Part shown: one piece after another, positions 41,348 through 51,884 of the stretch
Position numbering within the stretch: the stretch's first letter is position 1
Layout: each line of letters begins with the position of its first letter
NCBI GenBank assembly: GCA_965223665.1
Contig: OZ245011.1
Span: 2,752,001-2,816,000 of the forward strand
Reading direction: 5' to 3'
Length of the DNA stretch: 64,000 nt
Source of the DNA: Nitrospinaceae bacterium
GTDB taxonomy: Bacteria; Nitrospinota; Nitrospinia; Nitrospinales; Nitrospinaceae
Translations under genes and position numbers: made by a program
Notes under the pieces: model-generated
What the model was told of the DNA's origin: nothing
The model's input: the letters and a program-made list of their open reading frames with translations, nothing else
The model's database searches: none

Positions 41348-42679
41348 TTAATTTTCAAAATTGTTAGTAGCAATTAAATCATAATCCAAACTACCAATAA
41401 TTTTCATTGGAACGATTTGGCCAGGTTCAACAGGGCTATTCTCAATAATTATTTGACCGTCTATTTCAGGGGCCTGAAAAGGCATTCGACCCGTTAAAAG
41501 CATCGAGTCTTCTTCTAACTCTTCAATCAAAACCGGGTGGATTTGACCTAATCGAAGGGAATGGTTTTCTTTAACAATTTTGTTTTGCGCTTCCATTAAA
41601 ATTGAACGTCTTTCATCTCCTATGCGATTTTCTACTTTATCAGGATAATTAAAAGCTGTAGTTCCTGGTTCATCGGAATATGCAAAGGCACCTAAATGAT
41701 CAAATCGCATTTCTTCCACAAACTTAAGCATGTGTTGAAAGTGATAATCTTTTTCTCCTGGAAAACCGGTGATCATAGTGGTTCGAAGAGTAATACCAGG
41801 AATTTGGGTTCTCATTTGTTCAATCATTTCGCGTACCCCTTTTTCACGTTCTTGCCGTTTCATGTGTTGCAACATTTCATCATGGGTATGCTGTAGGGGA
41901 ACATCAATATATTTACAAACCGAATCAATGCGTTGAATTGCATTTATTAGGGCTGAATTGATAGTAGTTGGGTAGCAATAGAGCAGGCGAATCCATTCTA
42001 CTCCTTCAACTTCTGCCAAGGACTCTAACAAGCGAACTAAACCATCCTTCATACGAATATCGTAACCGTAAAGAGTGGTGTCCTGTGATATTAAATTAAA
42101 TTCGCGAACGCCTTGAACAGCCAATTGACGAACTTCCTGGACAATGGATTCCAAAGGACGACTTTGAATAGGGCCTCTCAGTTGCGGAATAATGCAAAAC
42201 GCACATTTGTTAGAACACCCTTCTGAAATTTTTACATACGCCGAGTAAAAAGGTGTGGTTAATACCCGATTGTGATAATCCTCAAAATATTGAGCCGGCT
42301 CATGTACCAGGTTTTTCTTTTTTGATGTTTGGCACCCATTTAATAGTTTTCTTAACATCGGATACTGCTTTGTTCCTAATAAATGATCAATTTCAGGAAT
42401 TTCTTTGAGTAATTCTTCTGGGTGCCGCTCTGCCAGGCATCCGGTCACCACTAATTGCTGACATTTGCCCTCTGTTTTGTGTTGGGCCATTTCTAGAATG
42501 GTATCAATAGATTCTTTAACTGAAGATTGTAAGAATCCGCAGGTATTAACAATTAGAACATCTGCTTCTTCTTTGTCTGGAGTCATTTCATAACCCTGAC
42601 TCTTTAAATCACCCAATAAATTTTCAGTGTCCACCAAGTTTTTAGGACACCCCAAACTGACCATTCCAATTTTTTTCAT
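41348..42679 (-). CDS. rimO: Ribosomal protein S12 methylthiotransferase
   Basis: SLGCPKNLVD, NTCGF, CSNKCAFC and QAPEIDG (TRAM) motifs. Confidence 0.96.
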   Translation of the reverse strand: MKKIGMVSLGCPKNLVDTENLLGDLKSQGYEMTPDKEEADVLIVNTCGFLQSSVKESIDTILEMAQHKTEGKCQQLVVTGCLAERHPEELLKEIPEIDHLLGTKQYPMLRKLLNGCQTSKKKNLVHEPAQYFEDYHNRVLTTPFYSAYVKISEGCSNKCAFCIIPQLRGPIQSRPLESIVQEVRQLAVQGVREFNLISQDTTLYGYDIRMKDGLVRLLESLAEVEGVEWIRLLYCYPTTINSALINAIQRIDSVCKYIDVPLQHTHDEMLQHMKRQEREKGVREMIEQMRTQIPGITLRTTMITGFPGEKDYHFQHMLKFVEEMRFDHLGAFAYSDEPGTTAFNYPDKVENRIGDERRSILMEAQNKIVKENHSLRLGQIHPVLIEELEEDSMLLTGRMPFQAPEIDGQIIIENSPVEPGQIVPMKIIGSLDYDLIATNNFEN

Positions 42680-42806
42680 AAGTAAAAAATATTAGTGTTG
42701 TTTAATTGCCTATATTTACCACCAGCCACATTGAGCCCTGCGAAACATAAAGGGATAATAAATATATAAGTTAATTTTATATTACAAAATGAGAGGTAGG
42801 ATTATA

Positions 42807-43427
42807 TTAGCCTTTTTTAGCTTTGTTCAATTTTTTTTCCATTTGCCTTAATAAATCAGAAAAATTCTTTTTTTTAAGAATTCTTCGAAATTGCGAACGC
42901 AAATTATTTCGCATACTCACCCCATCTAAAATAACATCTAGAACTAACCAACGATTCTTTTTTTGATGAAGAACAAAGTCAATTCCAACTTCTCCCTCTT
43001 CTTCGTGCATTACTTTTAAAGGAACTACCGTTTTCTCGTCTTTCGTTTCACTGGTTCCATAGTCAATTTTTAGTTTTTTAAAAAATTTTGCCGAATTCGG
43101 GAACGCCACATACATAAATAGTTCCCTTAACAAAGAAGTAAATTGTTTTTGATCCTTGGCATTTACCTTTTTCCAGTATTTTCCAAGCGATTTTTGGCTT
43201 ATCTGAGCCACATCTAAGAACTGAATGGCCTCCTCAAATATCTTTTTGTTTGTATTTCCTTCTTCTGTAGAAAGGACATCTCCCTGGACAGTCATTTTTA
43301 TTTTATCAATAAGTCGGTGAACCGAATCTTGAGCACTAATTTGATCTGCTAAAGTCGATTCACTCAAAATAATGAACAAAAATACACAAAAATTTATTAA
43401 AATTGGGACAAATCTAATTTGAGCCAT
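42807..43427 (-). CDS. MlaC/Ttg2D-family phospholipid-binding periplasmic protein
   Basis: Signal peptide; LGKYW....Q..QF and W...DV..DGVS...N.RSQF motifs. Confidence 0.85.
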   Translation of the reverse strand: MAQIRFVPILINFCVFLFIILSESTLADQISAQDSVHRLIDKIKMTVQGDVLSTEEGNTNKKIFEEAIQFLDVAQISQKSLGKYWKKVNAKDQKQFTSLLRELFMYVAFPNSAKFFKKLKIDYGTSETKDEKTVVPLKVMHEEEGEVGIDFVLHQKKNRWLVLDVILDGVSMRNNLRSQFRRILKKKNFSDLLRQMEKKLNKAKKG

Positions 43428-43527
43428 CGCGGTTCGCTATTTTTTGATAAATGAAATGTTTATATTATACCGGAATTCTTAATGGAATCTTATAGGGATT
43501 ATTAGAATTAAATTTTTCTAAAATATC

Positions 43528-44307
43528 ATGATTAATGCTCGATTGAATAAATTTCAAACCATTTGTTTTTTTCAAATAGGGATTTTGGTTTTCACATTAC
43601 TGATTTCGACCCAATCAAGTCTGGCAGATAGCCCTGAAAAAAAATTTTCGTGTCATTTTTATGAGGGTGAAGATTCTGCCCATCAATTACAGTTAAGAGA
43701 AGAAATACTTTTAAATAAAGAACGTCCTTTTCCTGGAAAAAATAACCAAGACTATTGTGAATTAGCACATATCAATTATCGTTTAGCAAAAAAGGAAGGT
43801 TTCCCTAAGAAACAACTATTGGAACGCTGTATTACCTTTTCTCAAAAAGCTATTAATGAAAATTCTAAATCGGGACTGAGTTATTTTCTAAAAGGTTTAT
43901 GCTTAGGTAAGTTAGGGGAAATGAAAGGAATTTGGGCCAGTCTCCAAATCATAAATCCTTTTAAAGAAAATATGAAAAAAGCAATGTTATTATCGCCAAA
44001 GGTAGATCAAGGAGGGCCACATCGCGCTTTGGGAAAAATGTATTATGAGCTTCCATTTTTTTTAGGAGGAAGTATTTCAAAATCTATCTACCATTTGGAG
44101 CAAGCGGTCACCCTGGGTCCCCTCTATTGGGAAAATCACTATTTTCTCGGGCAATCCTATATTAAGAAAGGCCGATATCAAGAGGCACAACAGGCATTAA
44201 CAAAAGCAAAAAATCTCCACCCAAGCGACAACAATTCTTACAAAAAAAATACACAATTGGCTGAAATAAACGGTCTAATAAAAAGTATCGAACCCCACAT
44301 TCAATAA
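43528..44307 (+). CDS. Secreted TPR protein (TatT-like appearance)
   Basis: Signal peptide; GGPHRALG.MY..LP...GG motif; TPR helices. Confidence 0.7.
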   Translation: MINARLNKFQTICFFQIGILVFTLLISTQSSLADSPEKKFSCHFYEGEDSAHQLQLREEILLNKERPFPGKNNQDYCELAHINYRLAKKEGFPKKQLLERCITFSQKAINENSKSGLSYFLKGLCLGKLGEMKGIWASLQIINPFKENMKKAMLLSPKVDQGGPHRALGKMYYELPFFLGGSISKSIYHLEQAVTLGPLYWENHYFLGQSYIKKGRYQEAQQALTKAKNLHPSDNNSYKKNTQLAEINGLIKSIEPHIQ

Positions 44308-44317
44308 AACTTTCAAA

Positions 44318-46009
44318 ATGATTCAAGAATTAAGAATCGAGAATTTAGCAATTATTGACAACCTAACTGTCAGCTTCGGCAATGGACTCAATGTATTAAC
44401 TGGAGAAACAGGAGCCGGTAAATCCATTATTATGGATGCTTTAAATTTAATTTTAGGGGGAAGAGCTGATACCGATTTAATTCGATCTTCTAAAGACACT
44501 GCCTCTGTTCAGGCCTTAATTTGCATCACAAATCCAAAAACCACAGAAATGATCCGTGATCTTGGGATGGAAGTTGAAGATGACACAATTTTTATAAAAC
44601 GTACAGTTTCCTCAAAAGAAAAAAATCGAACTCTGTTAAACAATACAAATTTAACAGTTTCTACACTTGCTAAAATTGGAGAACGTCTTGTTGACATTCA
44701 TGGGCAACATGATCATCAAACCCTATTATATCCAGAATATCATGGTGACATTCTTGATGCTTATGGAAACCTTCAAGAAGAGCGGGACCAATTCAGGGAT
44801 CTTTTTAATCAATATCAAAAAAAATTGCAGACATTGAATCAAATTTTAAAACATCAGGGAGATCTTTTACAAAGACAAGATTTATTAAATTTTCAAATTC
44901 AGGAAATTGACCAAGCCAACCTGCAACCGGATGAAGAAGATAATTTAAGGACTGAAAAAAATAAGATGCAAAATGCTGAACAACTGAATGATTCCTTACG
45001 AAACGCTCTGGGTTTATTAGTAGAATCCGAAGGGGCTATCCTGGAACAATTAGGTCGTGTCCAAAATGATTTAAACCGTTTAATTGATCTAGATCCAAAA
45101 TTAAGCTCTCAATCACAAAGAGGTGAAAACGCTTTCTATGAAATAGAGGAGCTAGTAGAAGAATTAAGAGAATATGAAAAAGGAATCGAATTCAGTCCTG
45201 AACGTTTGGAAGAAATTGATGATAGGCTGGCAGAAATTAATGGATTAAAAAGGAAATACGGTAATAGTGTATCCATTATTTTGGAATATCGAGAACAAAT
45301 TGGAGAAGAGCTAAAAACTCTTACCCAAGGCGAAGAATCTTTGGATATCCTCAAAAAAGAAATTCAAGAGTTTGAAGAGGAGCTTTCTAAGCTTGCTATA
45401 AACTTAGCCAAAAAACGAAAAACAATTGCTAAAGATTTTAAATCAGTGGTGGAAAAAGAATTAAAAGACTTAAGCATGAAACATGTCCAATTTGGAGTCC
45501 GATTTGATTTTCCCGAAGATCCCAATGGATTTACTATCTTTAATAAAACCCCTGTAAAAACGCACGAAAAAGGAATTGGCTATTCCGAGTTTTTATTTTC
45601 TCCTAACCCTGGTGAGGACCTTCGGCCTTTAGCTAAAATCGCTTCTGGCGGGGAATTATCCAGAGTCATGTTGGCATTAAAGACCATATTAAACCATCAG
45701 GACTTAGTGCCTGTAATGGTTTTTGATGAAGTGGACTCGGGCATTAGCGGAAAAGTGGCTGAAAAAGTAGGACAAAAATTAAAATCTATTGCCAACGATA
45801 AACAAGTGTTTTGCATTACTCATCTCCCTCAAATTGCAGGATTCGCAAATTACCATTATCGAGTACAAAAAAAAGTTTCAGGAAAAAGAACTCAAACCGT
45901 AATTACAGAACTTAATATGGAGGAGCGTATTGAAGAAATTGCACGCATGTCCAGCGGGGAGAATATAACCGAAATCACCCTTCAATATGCTCGAGAAATG
46001 ATTAAATAA
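44318..46009 (+). CDS. recN: DNA repair protein RecN
   Basis: TGETGAGKS, IHGQH, ASGGELSR, FDEVDSGI and ITHLPQIA motifs. Confidence 0.97.
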   Translation: MIQELRIENLAIIDNLTVSFGNGLNVLTGETGAGKSIIMDALNLILGGRADTDLIRSSKDTASVQALICITNPKTTEMIRDLGMEVEDDTIFIKRTVSSKEKNRTLLNNTNLTVSTLAKIGERLVDIHGQHDHQTLLYPEYHGDILDAYGNLQEERDQFRDLFNQYQKKLQTLNQILKHQGDLLQRQDLLNFQIQEIDQANLQPDEEDNLRTEKNKMQNAEQLNDSLRNALGLLVESEGAILEQLGRVQNDLNRLIDLDPKLSSQSQRGENAFYEIEELVEELREYEKGIEFSPERLEEIDDRLAEINGLKRKYGNSVSIILEYREQIGEELKTLTQGEESLDILKKEIQEFEEELSKLAINLAKKRKTIAKDFKSVVEKELKDLSMKHVQFGVRFDFPEDPNGFTIFNKTPVKTHEKGIGYSEFLFSPNPGEDLRPLAKIASGGELSRVMLALKTILNHQDLVPVMVFDEVDSGISGKVAEKVGQKLKSIANDKQVFCITHLPQIAGFANYHYRVQKKVSGKRTQTVITELNMEERIEEIARMSSGENITEITLQYAREMIK

Positions 46010-46015
46010 AACTAT

Positions 46016-46921
46016 ATGCATCTTCTATTTTTTTATTTATTCAAATTCAACCGTCTGTTCTTTTTCGCACTTACCTTATTCAGCTTATTCATTTCTGAAA
46101 ACTTAGTTGCAAAAACTATTTCAAGTAATGAAAACTCAAAAACCAATTCTGCTTCTAATTCTCTTCATTTAAATAAAAATTCTAGTGAACTAAAGGTTTC
46201 AAATTCAAGAGCGGAGGCATTGTTTTCATTGAATGTGGGAAAACGGGCCTTGAAGGCAGGTCATTATCAAATTGCAATCCAACATTTTAAGCGGGCGGTT
46301 CGTCTTTCATCAAATTTTGATTTAGCCCATTATCTGTTAGGCGAAACATATAGAATGATTGGTAAAAATGAATTAGCATTTAACTCCTTAACCAAATCTA
46401 TAAAGTTGAACAAAAATTTATGGGAAAGTCATTTTTCCCTGGGAAAGCTTTATGATCAAACCAACAAACCTGAATTAGCCATCCATCATTTATCTAAGGC
46501 TGTGAAAATTAATCCGGAGAATGTTGAAGGACATTTATTGTTAGGTGCTCTATTAGATAATTTTCAAAATTTTGAAGGTGCACTAAGTGAATATAAGAAG
46601 GTTGTGGAAATCTGGCCAGATGCTTATGAGGGATGGTTTAATTTGGGAAGGAGTTATGGCCAACTAGGGGATTATAAAAATGCTGTTGAAGCATTTCAAA
46701 AATCTCAAAACTTAAATCCCCAGCATCCTGATACAAGTTGGGGTTTGGGAATGGCTTATATTGGCCTGAATGAAATGCAAAAAGCTATGAGTTGGTTATT
46801 AAAAGCAGAAAAGCTTTTTAAAAAAAATAATCAGAACTACAATGCTAAATTAGTTGAAAAACAACTCGAACTAATCCAAAAAATAAATCTTACAAAAACT
46901 TTACCAAAAAAAAATAAATAA
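46016..46921 (+). CDS. Secreted TPR protein
   Basis: Hydrophobic N-terminus and about six canonical TPR repeats. Confidence 0.85.
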   Translation: MHLLFFYLFKFNRLFFFALTLFSLFISENLVAKTISSNENSKTNSASNSLHLNKNSSELKVSNSRAEALFSLNVGKRALKAGHYQIAIQHFKRAVRLSSNFDLAHYLLGETYRMIGKNELAFNSLTKSIKLNKNLWESHFSLGKLYDQTNKPELAIHHLSKAVKINPENVEGHLLLGALLDNFQNFEGALSEYKKVVEIWPDAYEGWFNLGRSYGQLGDYKNAVEAFQKSQNLNPQHPDTSWGLGMAYIGLNEMQKAMSWLLKAEKLFKKNNQNYNAKLVEKQLELIQKINLTKTLPKKNK

Positions 46922-46928
46922 TTCTTTT

Positions 46929-47681
46929 CTATTTTTTTCCGCTCCCAGCTTGTTGTGCTACTGCTTCTGCAGCTTTTTTTGCTGCTTCCGGATCACCGAG
47001 GTAATAATTTTTAATCGGGCTTAGTTCTTTATCCAATTCATAAACCAATGGAATGCCAGTAGGAATATTGAGTTCACTTATATCTTGATCACTAATACCA
47101 TCTAAATGCTTTACTAAGGCCCGCAAACTATTCCCATGAGCACAAATTAAAACTCGTTTTCCGGATTTTATTGTAGGAACAATTTCATCAAACCAAAAAG
47201 GAAGGAAACGACTTATTGTTTCTTTTAAAGATTCTGTAAAGGGAAGTTGATTCGTTTCAACATTAGAATATCTTGGATCTTTATGGGGTACCCCTTCATC
47301 ATTAATATTTAAAGAAGGGGGAGGGATATCAAAACTTCTTCGCCATATCTTAACTTGGTCAGCTCCATGTTTTTCGGCTGTTTCAGTTTTGTTCAGCCCT
47401 TGTAAGGCACCATAATGCCTTTCATTTAAACGCCAAGAACGGTGAACTGGAAGCCACATGAGATCCATTTCATCTAAGGTTATCCATAATGTTCGAATGG
47501 CTCTTTTTAATACTGAGGTATAGGCTATATCAAATGATAAATCAGCATCCAAAATCATTTGAGCCCCTGCTTTGGCTTCTTTTCGCCCCTGATCGGTTAA
47601 ATCGACATCTACCCATCCGGTAAACCGATTTTCTAAATTCCAAATACTTTGTCCATGCCGCATTAAAACCAATTTGTACAT
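46929..47681 (-). CDS. gpmA: 2,3-bisphosphoglycerate-dependent phosphoglycerate mutase
   Basis: [25 protein letters not shown] and AHGNSLR motifs. Confidence 0.97.
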   Translation of the reverse strand: MYKLVLMRHGQSIWNLENRFTGWVDVDLTDQGRKEAKAGAQMILDADLSFDIAYTSVLKRAIRTLWITLDEMDLMWLPVHRSWRLNERHYGALQGLNKTETAEKHGADQVKIWRRSFDIPPPSLNINDEGVPHKDPRYSNVETNQLPFTESLKETISRFLPFWFDEIVPTIKSGKRVLICAHGNSLRALVKHLDGISDQDISELNIPTGIPLVYELDKELSPIKNYYLGDPEAAKKAAEAVAQQAGSGKK

Positions 47682-47885
47682 TATTTTTACCTCAGAAGTT
47701 TATTCACCCCAAAAATAAGGGGCAATTTTAACTTATTCCCCCCTAAAAGGCGACAGATAAACATGCACTCCTATTGACCTTTAGAATTTGCATGCTTACC
47801 ATAGAATTATAATACAGGTAAATTTATCACATTTACTTCTACCATTAAAAAAGTGATTTTTATTAAAAGGTGATTTAGATTTTTT

Positions 47886-48851
47886 ATGGCAGATTCGATT
47901 GCTCAATATTTTAAACCCATTGATCACAACTTCCTGGATAAAGAGTGGGAGCAGGGATTTGAAGTATTTTATCAAGCGGGTTCGGGAGATAAAATTCAAT
48001 ACTTGAAATTTGCCGATTACACCCCTAACGAATATTCTCGGTTGTACCAAATCATGGAAGAAAAAGATCGTCAGAACTTTTTTATCCATGAAAATGATTT
48101 ATACAGATATTACAAGGAATTGGTATTAAAAAAATTAGATTTGTATTTATATCAAGACAATCCTGTTAAAGAAAAAACAAAAAGGATTTATTCAGCCGCA
48201 AACCGAATTCTAAGTGATTATCTTGAAATAAAAACATCTGAAAAAATATTAACCTTGTTAGACGATCTACCTGTAAGTTTGGTCGAGATATTTAATGAAA
48301 CACCTCTATCCTTTCCTGAACTACACAGTATTGCCAATAAAGAAGGTTTTGTTCATACGCATTGTGTGAACGTTGGATTTTCTTGTCTGTCCATGGGATA
48401 TGTTTTAAAACTCCCTGAAAAAGAATTGTGCGATCTATTTTTAGGTGGGATGTTTTCTGACATAGGAAAAAAATTTATTTCTCAAGAAGTTTTAGAAAAA
48501 AAAGGACCATTAGTAGACGAAGATTTAAAAGCAATACGTAAACATTGTTCCTATGGAAGAAAAATTTTAAATGACACTAAACGATACTCGGAAATAGTAT
48601 TAAGGATGGTAGGTGAACATCATGAAAATTTTGATGGTACTGGTTATCCCTTTGGTTACGCAGGTGAAAAGATTTCTTTTCATGGGCGAATTTGCAAAAT
48701 AATGGATGTGTTCAATGCGCTCACCAGTAAACGATCTTACCGTGAAAGATTAAATCCGGTGCAAGCTTTATCTATCATGAAAAATGATATGGTGGGACAA
48801 TTTGACCAAAACTTATTAATGACCTTCCTAAACTCACTAGCTCATAAATAA
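47886..48851 (+). CDS. HD-GYP domain protein with degenerate HD motif
   Basis: HHENFDGTGYP present; the usual HDIGK reads SDIGK. Confidence 0.88.
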   Translation: MADSIAQYFKPIDHNFLDKEWEQGFEVFYQAGSGDKIQYLKFADYTPNEYSRLYQIMEEKDRQNFFIHENDLYRYYKELVLKKLDLYLYQDNPVKEKTKRIYSAANRILSDYLEIKTSEKILTLLDDLPVSLVEIFNETPLSFPELHSIANKEGFVHTHCVNVGFSCLSMGYVLKLPEKELCDLFLGGMFSDIGKKFISQEVLEKKGPLVDEDLKAIRKHCSYGRKILNDTKRYSEIVLRMVGEHHENFDGTGYPFGYAGEKISFHGRICKIMDVFNALTSKRSYRERLNPVQALSIMKNDMVGQFDQNLLMTFLNSLAHK

Positions 48852-48855
48852 AGTT

Positions 48856-49428
48856 TCAACCTTTCGCATCTTTTTGTTCCATAAACATTCTACCGATGCG
48901 CTCTTCGGGTTCACTTGACACTTCTTCAAATAGCAATTGGCAAATTCGTGTTTTTTCAGGAGTGGCTTCTAAAATAAAGGGTCCATGATTAAAAATTTCC
49001 AAGGTTATTATTCCAAGCCCAGTCCCACAATGAATCATTGGGGCAGTCATATGAACTACCAAACCTAAACGGGCTAAACTACTTTTTCCTTCAACTCGAC
49101 CCGCTAAACAAGAACCTGCAGGAAATTGGACTTTCTCATATGTAGAAGTTAAATACACTTGCTGCGGTTTAATTTGGTATTTTCCTGAGTGGTCTTTTGG
49201 GACTTCGACCAAATTTTTTTTAGAAAATTGAGGGTAATTGTATTCTTCCAGATTGATTCGAAAGGGATCTTTTTGATTTGAGTTTAAATCAGGGTTCCAA
49301 ACCCACATGGGTTCTCCAATATGTAAATCGATTGAGGTGGTATCAATTGCATCTTTTGAAGGGGCAGGCTCAATCACAACTCGTCCTTCGTCTAACGCTT
49401 TTTGAATATCATTACCGCTCAAAATCAT
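48856..49428 (-). CDS. dcd: dCTP deaminase
   Basis: MILS..DI, SIDL, T.E, EGKSSLARLGL.VH, ITLEI.N and RICQL.F motifs. Confidence 0.88.
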   Translation of the reverse strand: MILSGNDIQKALDEGRVVIEPAPSKDAIDTTSIDLHIGEPMWVWNPDLNSNQKDPFRINLEEYNYPQFSKKNLVEVPKDHSGKYQIKPQQVYLTSTYEKVQFPAGSCLAGRVEGKSSLARLGLVVHMTAPMIHCGTGLGIITLEIFNHGPFILEATPEKTRICQLLFEEVSSEPEERIGRMFMEQKDAKG

Positions 49429-50236
49429 AGATTCAAAACCTCCTCAACCGTTTCAAGAAATACAGGTTTGCCATATCCTTTTTGTTTTGCATGAATTAAA
49501 TACTCAACGTTTCCCTTCTGTCCTTTAATTGGAGAGGAAGTCCATCCAGAAACGATCCAATCGCTAAATTCAATAAATTTATAAATATCCATTAAAACTT
49601 TTCTATGCTTACTTCGACTTAAAATGACACCTTTATTTTCAACCTCACCTTTTCCAACTTCGAATTGAGGTTTCACTAATCCAATTAAATCACTATTAGG
49701 ATGGAGTAGTTTAAAAACTGAAGGTAATATTAATTTCAAAGAGATAAATGAAACATCAATCACAGCTAAATCTATGGAATCACGATTAATATCTTCAGAA
49801 ACTAAGTACCTGGCATTTTTACGGTCCAAAACTACGACTCGACTATCAGACTGAATTTTCCAATCAAGCTGACCGTAACCTACATCAACAGAATAAACTT
49901 TTTTACCTCCATGTTGAAGTAAACAATCAGTAAACCCACCAGTTGATGCACCAATATCAAGAATTATCTTATTAGATGGATCGATTTGAAACGCACGGAG
50001 AGCATGCTCTAACTTTAAACCACCCCGACTTACATAAGGATTTGAATCTTCAAGTAAGGTAAGTTCAACAGATTCATCAACGAGCTTTCCAGGCTTATCT
50101 ATAGTAAGATCGCCTAACCTGATTCTGCCAGCTAATATCAGGCTTTGTGCTCTTTCACGGGAAGGAACAATTTTTTTTTTACAAGGAGTTGGTCAAGACG
50201 AATTTTTTTATTCTTCAGGTTCTTCTTCATTTTCAT
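49425..50236 (-). pseudogene. tlyA: TlyA-family rRNA 2'-O-methyltransferase, frameshifted at an A10 run (or a sequencing error)
   Basis: N-terminus MKMKKNLKNKKIRLDQLLVKKK is in one frame; the continuation IVPSRERAQSLILAG...YVSRGGLKL...DIGASTGGFTD...DVGYGQL...LVKPQFE is in another. The junction is the T10 run at 50171-50180. Confidence 0.85.
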
Positions 50237-50456
50237 CTACTGGAAATAATTCTGCAATGAGTTCGCCTTTTTTATTTTTTGTAAGTATTTCGATTTTCTT
50301 TTCGGCCTCATTTAATTTTTTTGAACAGACTCTGGACATTTTTATACCTTCCTCAAAAATTTGAAGAGACTTATCAATATCCAATTCTCCTTTTTCCAAT
50401 TCATTTACAATATTTTCTAACCGCCGCATTGCAGTCTCAAATTTTATTTCTGCCAT
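50208..50456 (-). CDS. xseB: Exodeoxyribonuclease VII small subunit
   Basis: FETAM..LE.IV..LE.G and FEEG.......KL..AE motifs. Confidence 0.95.
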   Translation of the reverse strand: MAEIKFETAMRRLENIVNELEKGELDIDKSLQIFEEGIKMSRVCSKKLNEAEKKIEILTKNKKGELIAELFPVDENEEEPEE

Positions 50457-50471
50457 AATAGATACTCCATA

Positions 50472-51851
50472 TTACTCAAAAGTTTCGTCAACTGTGCAGT
50501 TTAATTTTCCTTTGGACAATCTTATTTCCAAAGAGTCTGCTTTCTTAATCGCTTGACTCGTTTTTACAACTTTCCCGGTTTTTTTGTTTATTGCAATACT
50601 ATATCCTCTGTCCAATACCGAGAGTGGACTTAGAGAATTTAAATTTTGCGCTAATCCTTCAAATTGTTTTTGTGCTAGTTTCAGTTGCGATTGTATTTTC
50701 TGGACCATTCTATGGTTTAAATCTGTTTGTCTTTCTTTCCAATGAATTAAGTTTTTTTCAGGGCTGGCCTGAAGCAATTGATGAATCATATTTTTGAACT
50801 TTTGTTTTTGCATCGCCAATCCCTGGTCCAGTCCTCTAAACAATCTTTGAGAGAGTTCATCTAACCTTTGGGAAGGAGTTTCTAAAATTTGATGCGGTTC
50901 ACGGAAAAATCTACGATCCATCAAATAACGCAGTTGATCTCTGTAATCATCAATCATCCCCAATACATTTTCTAAAGATTGAATGGTTAAAGCTGCCAAA
51001 TCTTCTTCTATATCTTCCAGAAGAGGGACCGCTAATTCAATTGCCGCTGAAGGCGTGGGAGCACGTAAATCCGCAACAAAATCTGAAATGGTGTAATCAA
51101 TTTCATGACCAATTGCAGATACTACCGGCAATCGAGATTTATAAATAGCGCGAGCAACAATTTCTTCATTAAAAGCCCATAGATCCTCAATGGATCCACC
51201 TCCTCGGCCTATAATTATCAAATCTAAATCTTTAAACCGATTCATTTCTTGAATAGCATTAGCAATTTCCTCTGCCGCACCCTGTCCCTGGACCTTAACC
51301 GGATTTAATAAAACAGAAACTTTTGAGTTTCTTCTGTTCAGAACATTAATCATGTCTCGGATAGCAGCTCCAGTAGGTGAAGTGACTATACCGATTTTCC
51401 AAGGATACTCAGGAAGATCTTTCTTTTTTTCTTCATCGAATAAACCTTCCTTCGATAGTTTTTCCTTTAATTGCTCAAATGCTTTTTGTAGAGCTCCCAG
51501 GCCACGCGGTTCCATGGATTCCACAATCACCTGATAATCACCCCGAGCTTCATATACGGTGACCCGCCCTAACAAGACCACTTGGTCTCCATCTTGAGGA
51601 GTAAACTTTAAACCTGATTTTTGATTCCGAAATAAAACACAACGAATTTGTGCGTTATTATCTTTCAAAATAAAATAAGCATGTTGTGAAGCTGCAACGC
51701 GGAAATTGGATATCTCACCTTCGATCCATACGGTTTCAAAAGCTGCTTCTAAAATCGCTTTTACATCCCTTGTAACTTCAGAAACCGAATAAACATGAAA
51801 CTCCTCTTCATCCATACTTGGATTTTGGGTTGTTAAGTTTTTTGTGGGCAT
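50472..51851 (-). CDS. xseA: Exodeoxyribonuclease VII large subunit
   Basis: WIEGEISN, TSPTGAAIRD, RGGGSIEDLWAFNEE and ADLRAPTPSAA motifs. Confidence 0.97.
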   Translation of the reverse strand: MPTKNLTTQNPSMDEEEFHVYSVSEVTRDVKAILEAAFETVWIEGEISNFRVAASQHAYFILKDNNAQIRCVLFRNQKSGLKFTPQDGDQVVLLGRVTVYEARGDYQVIVESMEPRGLGALQKAFEQLKEKLSKEGLFDEEKKKDLPEYPWKIGIVTSPTGAAIRDMINVLNRRNSKVSVLLNPVKVQGQGAAEEIANAIQEMNRFKDLDLIIIGRGGGSIEDLWAFNEEIVARAIYKSRLPVVSAIGHEIDYTISDFVADLRAPTPSAAIELAVPLLEDIEEDLAALTIQSLENVLGMIDDYRDQLRYLMDRRFFREPHQILETPSQRLDELSQRLFRGLDQGLAMQKQKFKNMIHQLLQASPEKNLIHWKERQTDLNHRMVQKIQSQLKLAQKQFEGLAQNLNSLSPLSVLDRGYSIAINKKTGKVVKTSQAIKKADSLEIRLSKGKLNCTVDETFE

Positions 51852-51884
51852 TGAGCTTAAGAGTTATAAACTTTTATGTAATTA

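Noticed and set aside
47796-48089. 97-aa minus-strand ORF upstream of gpmA
   Set aside because: Mostly antisense to the HD-GYP gene, with no recognisable motif.
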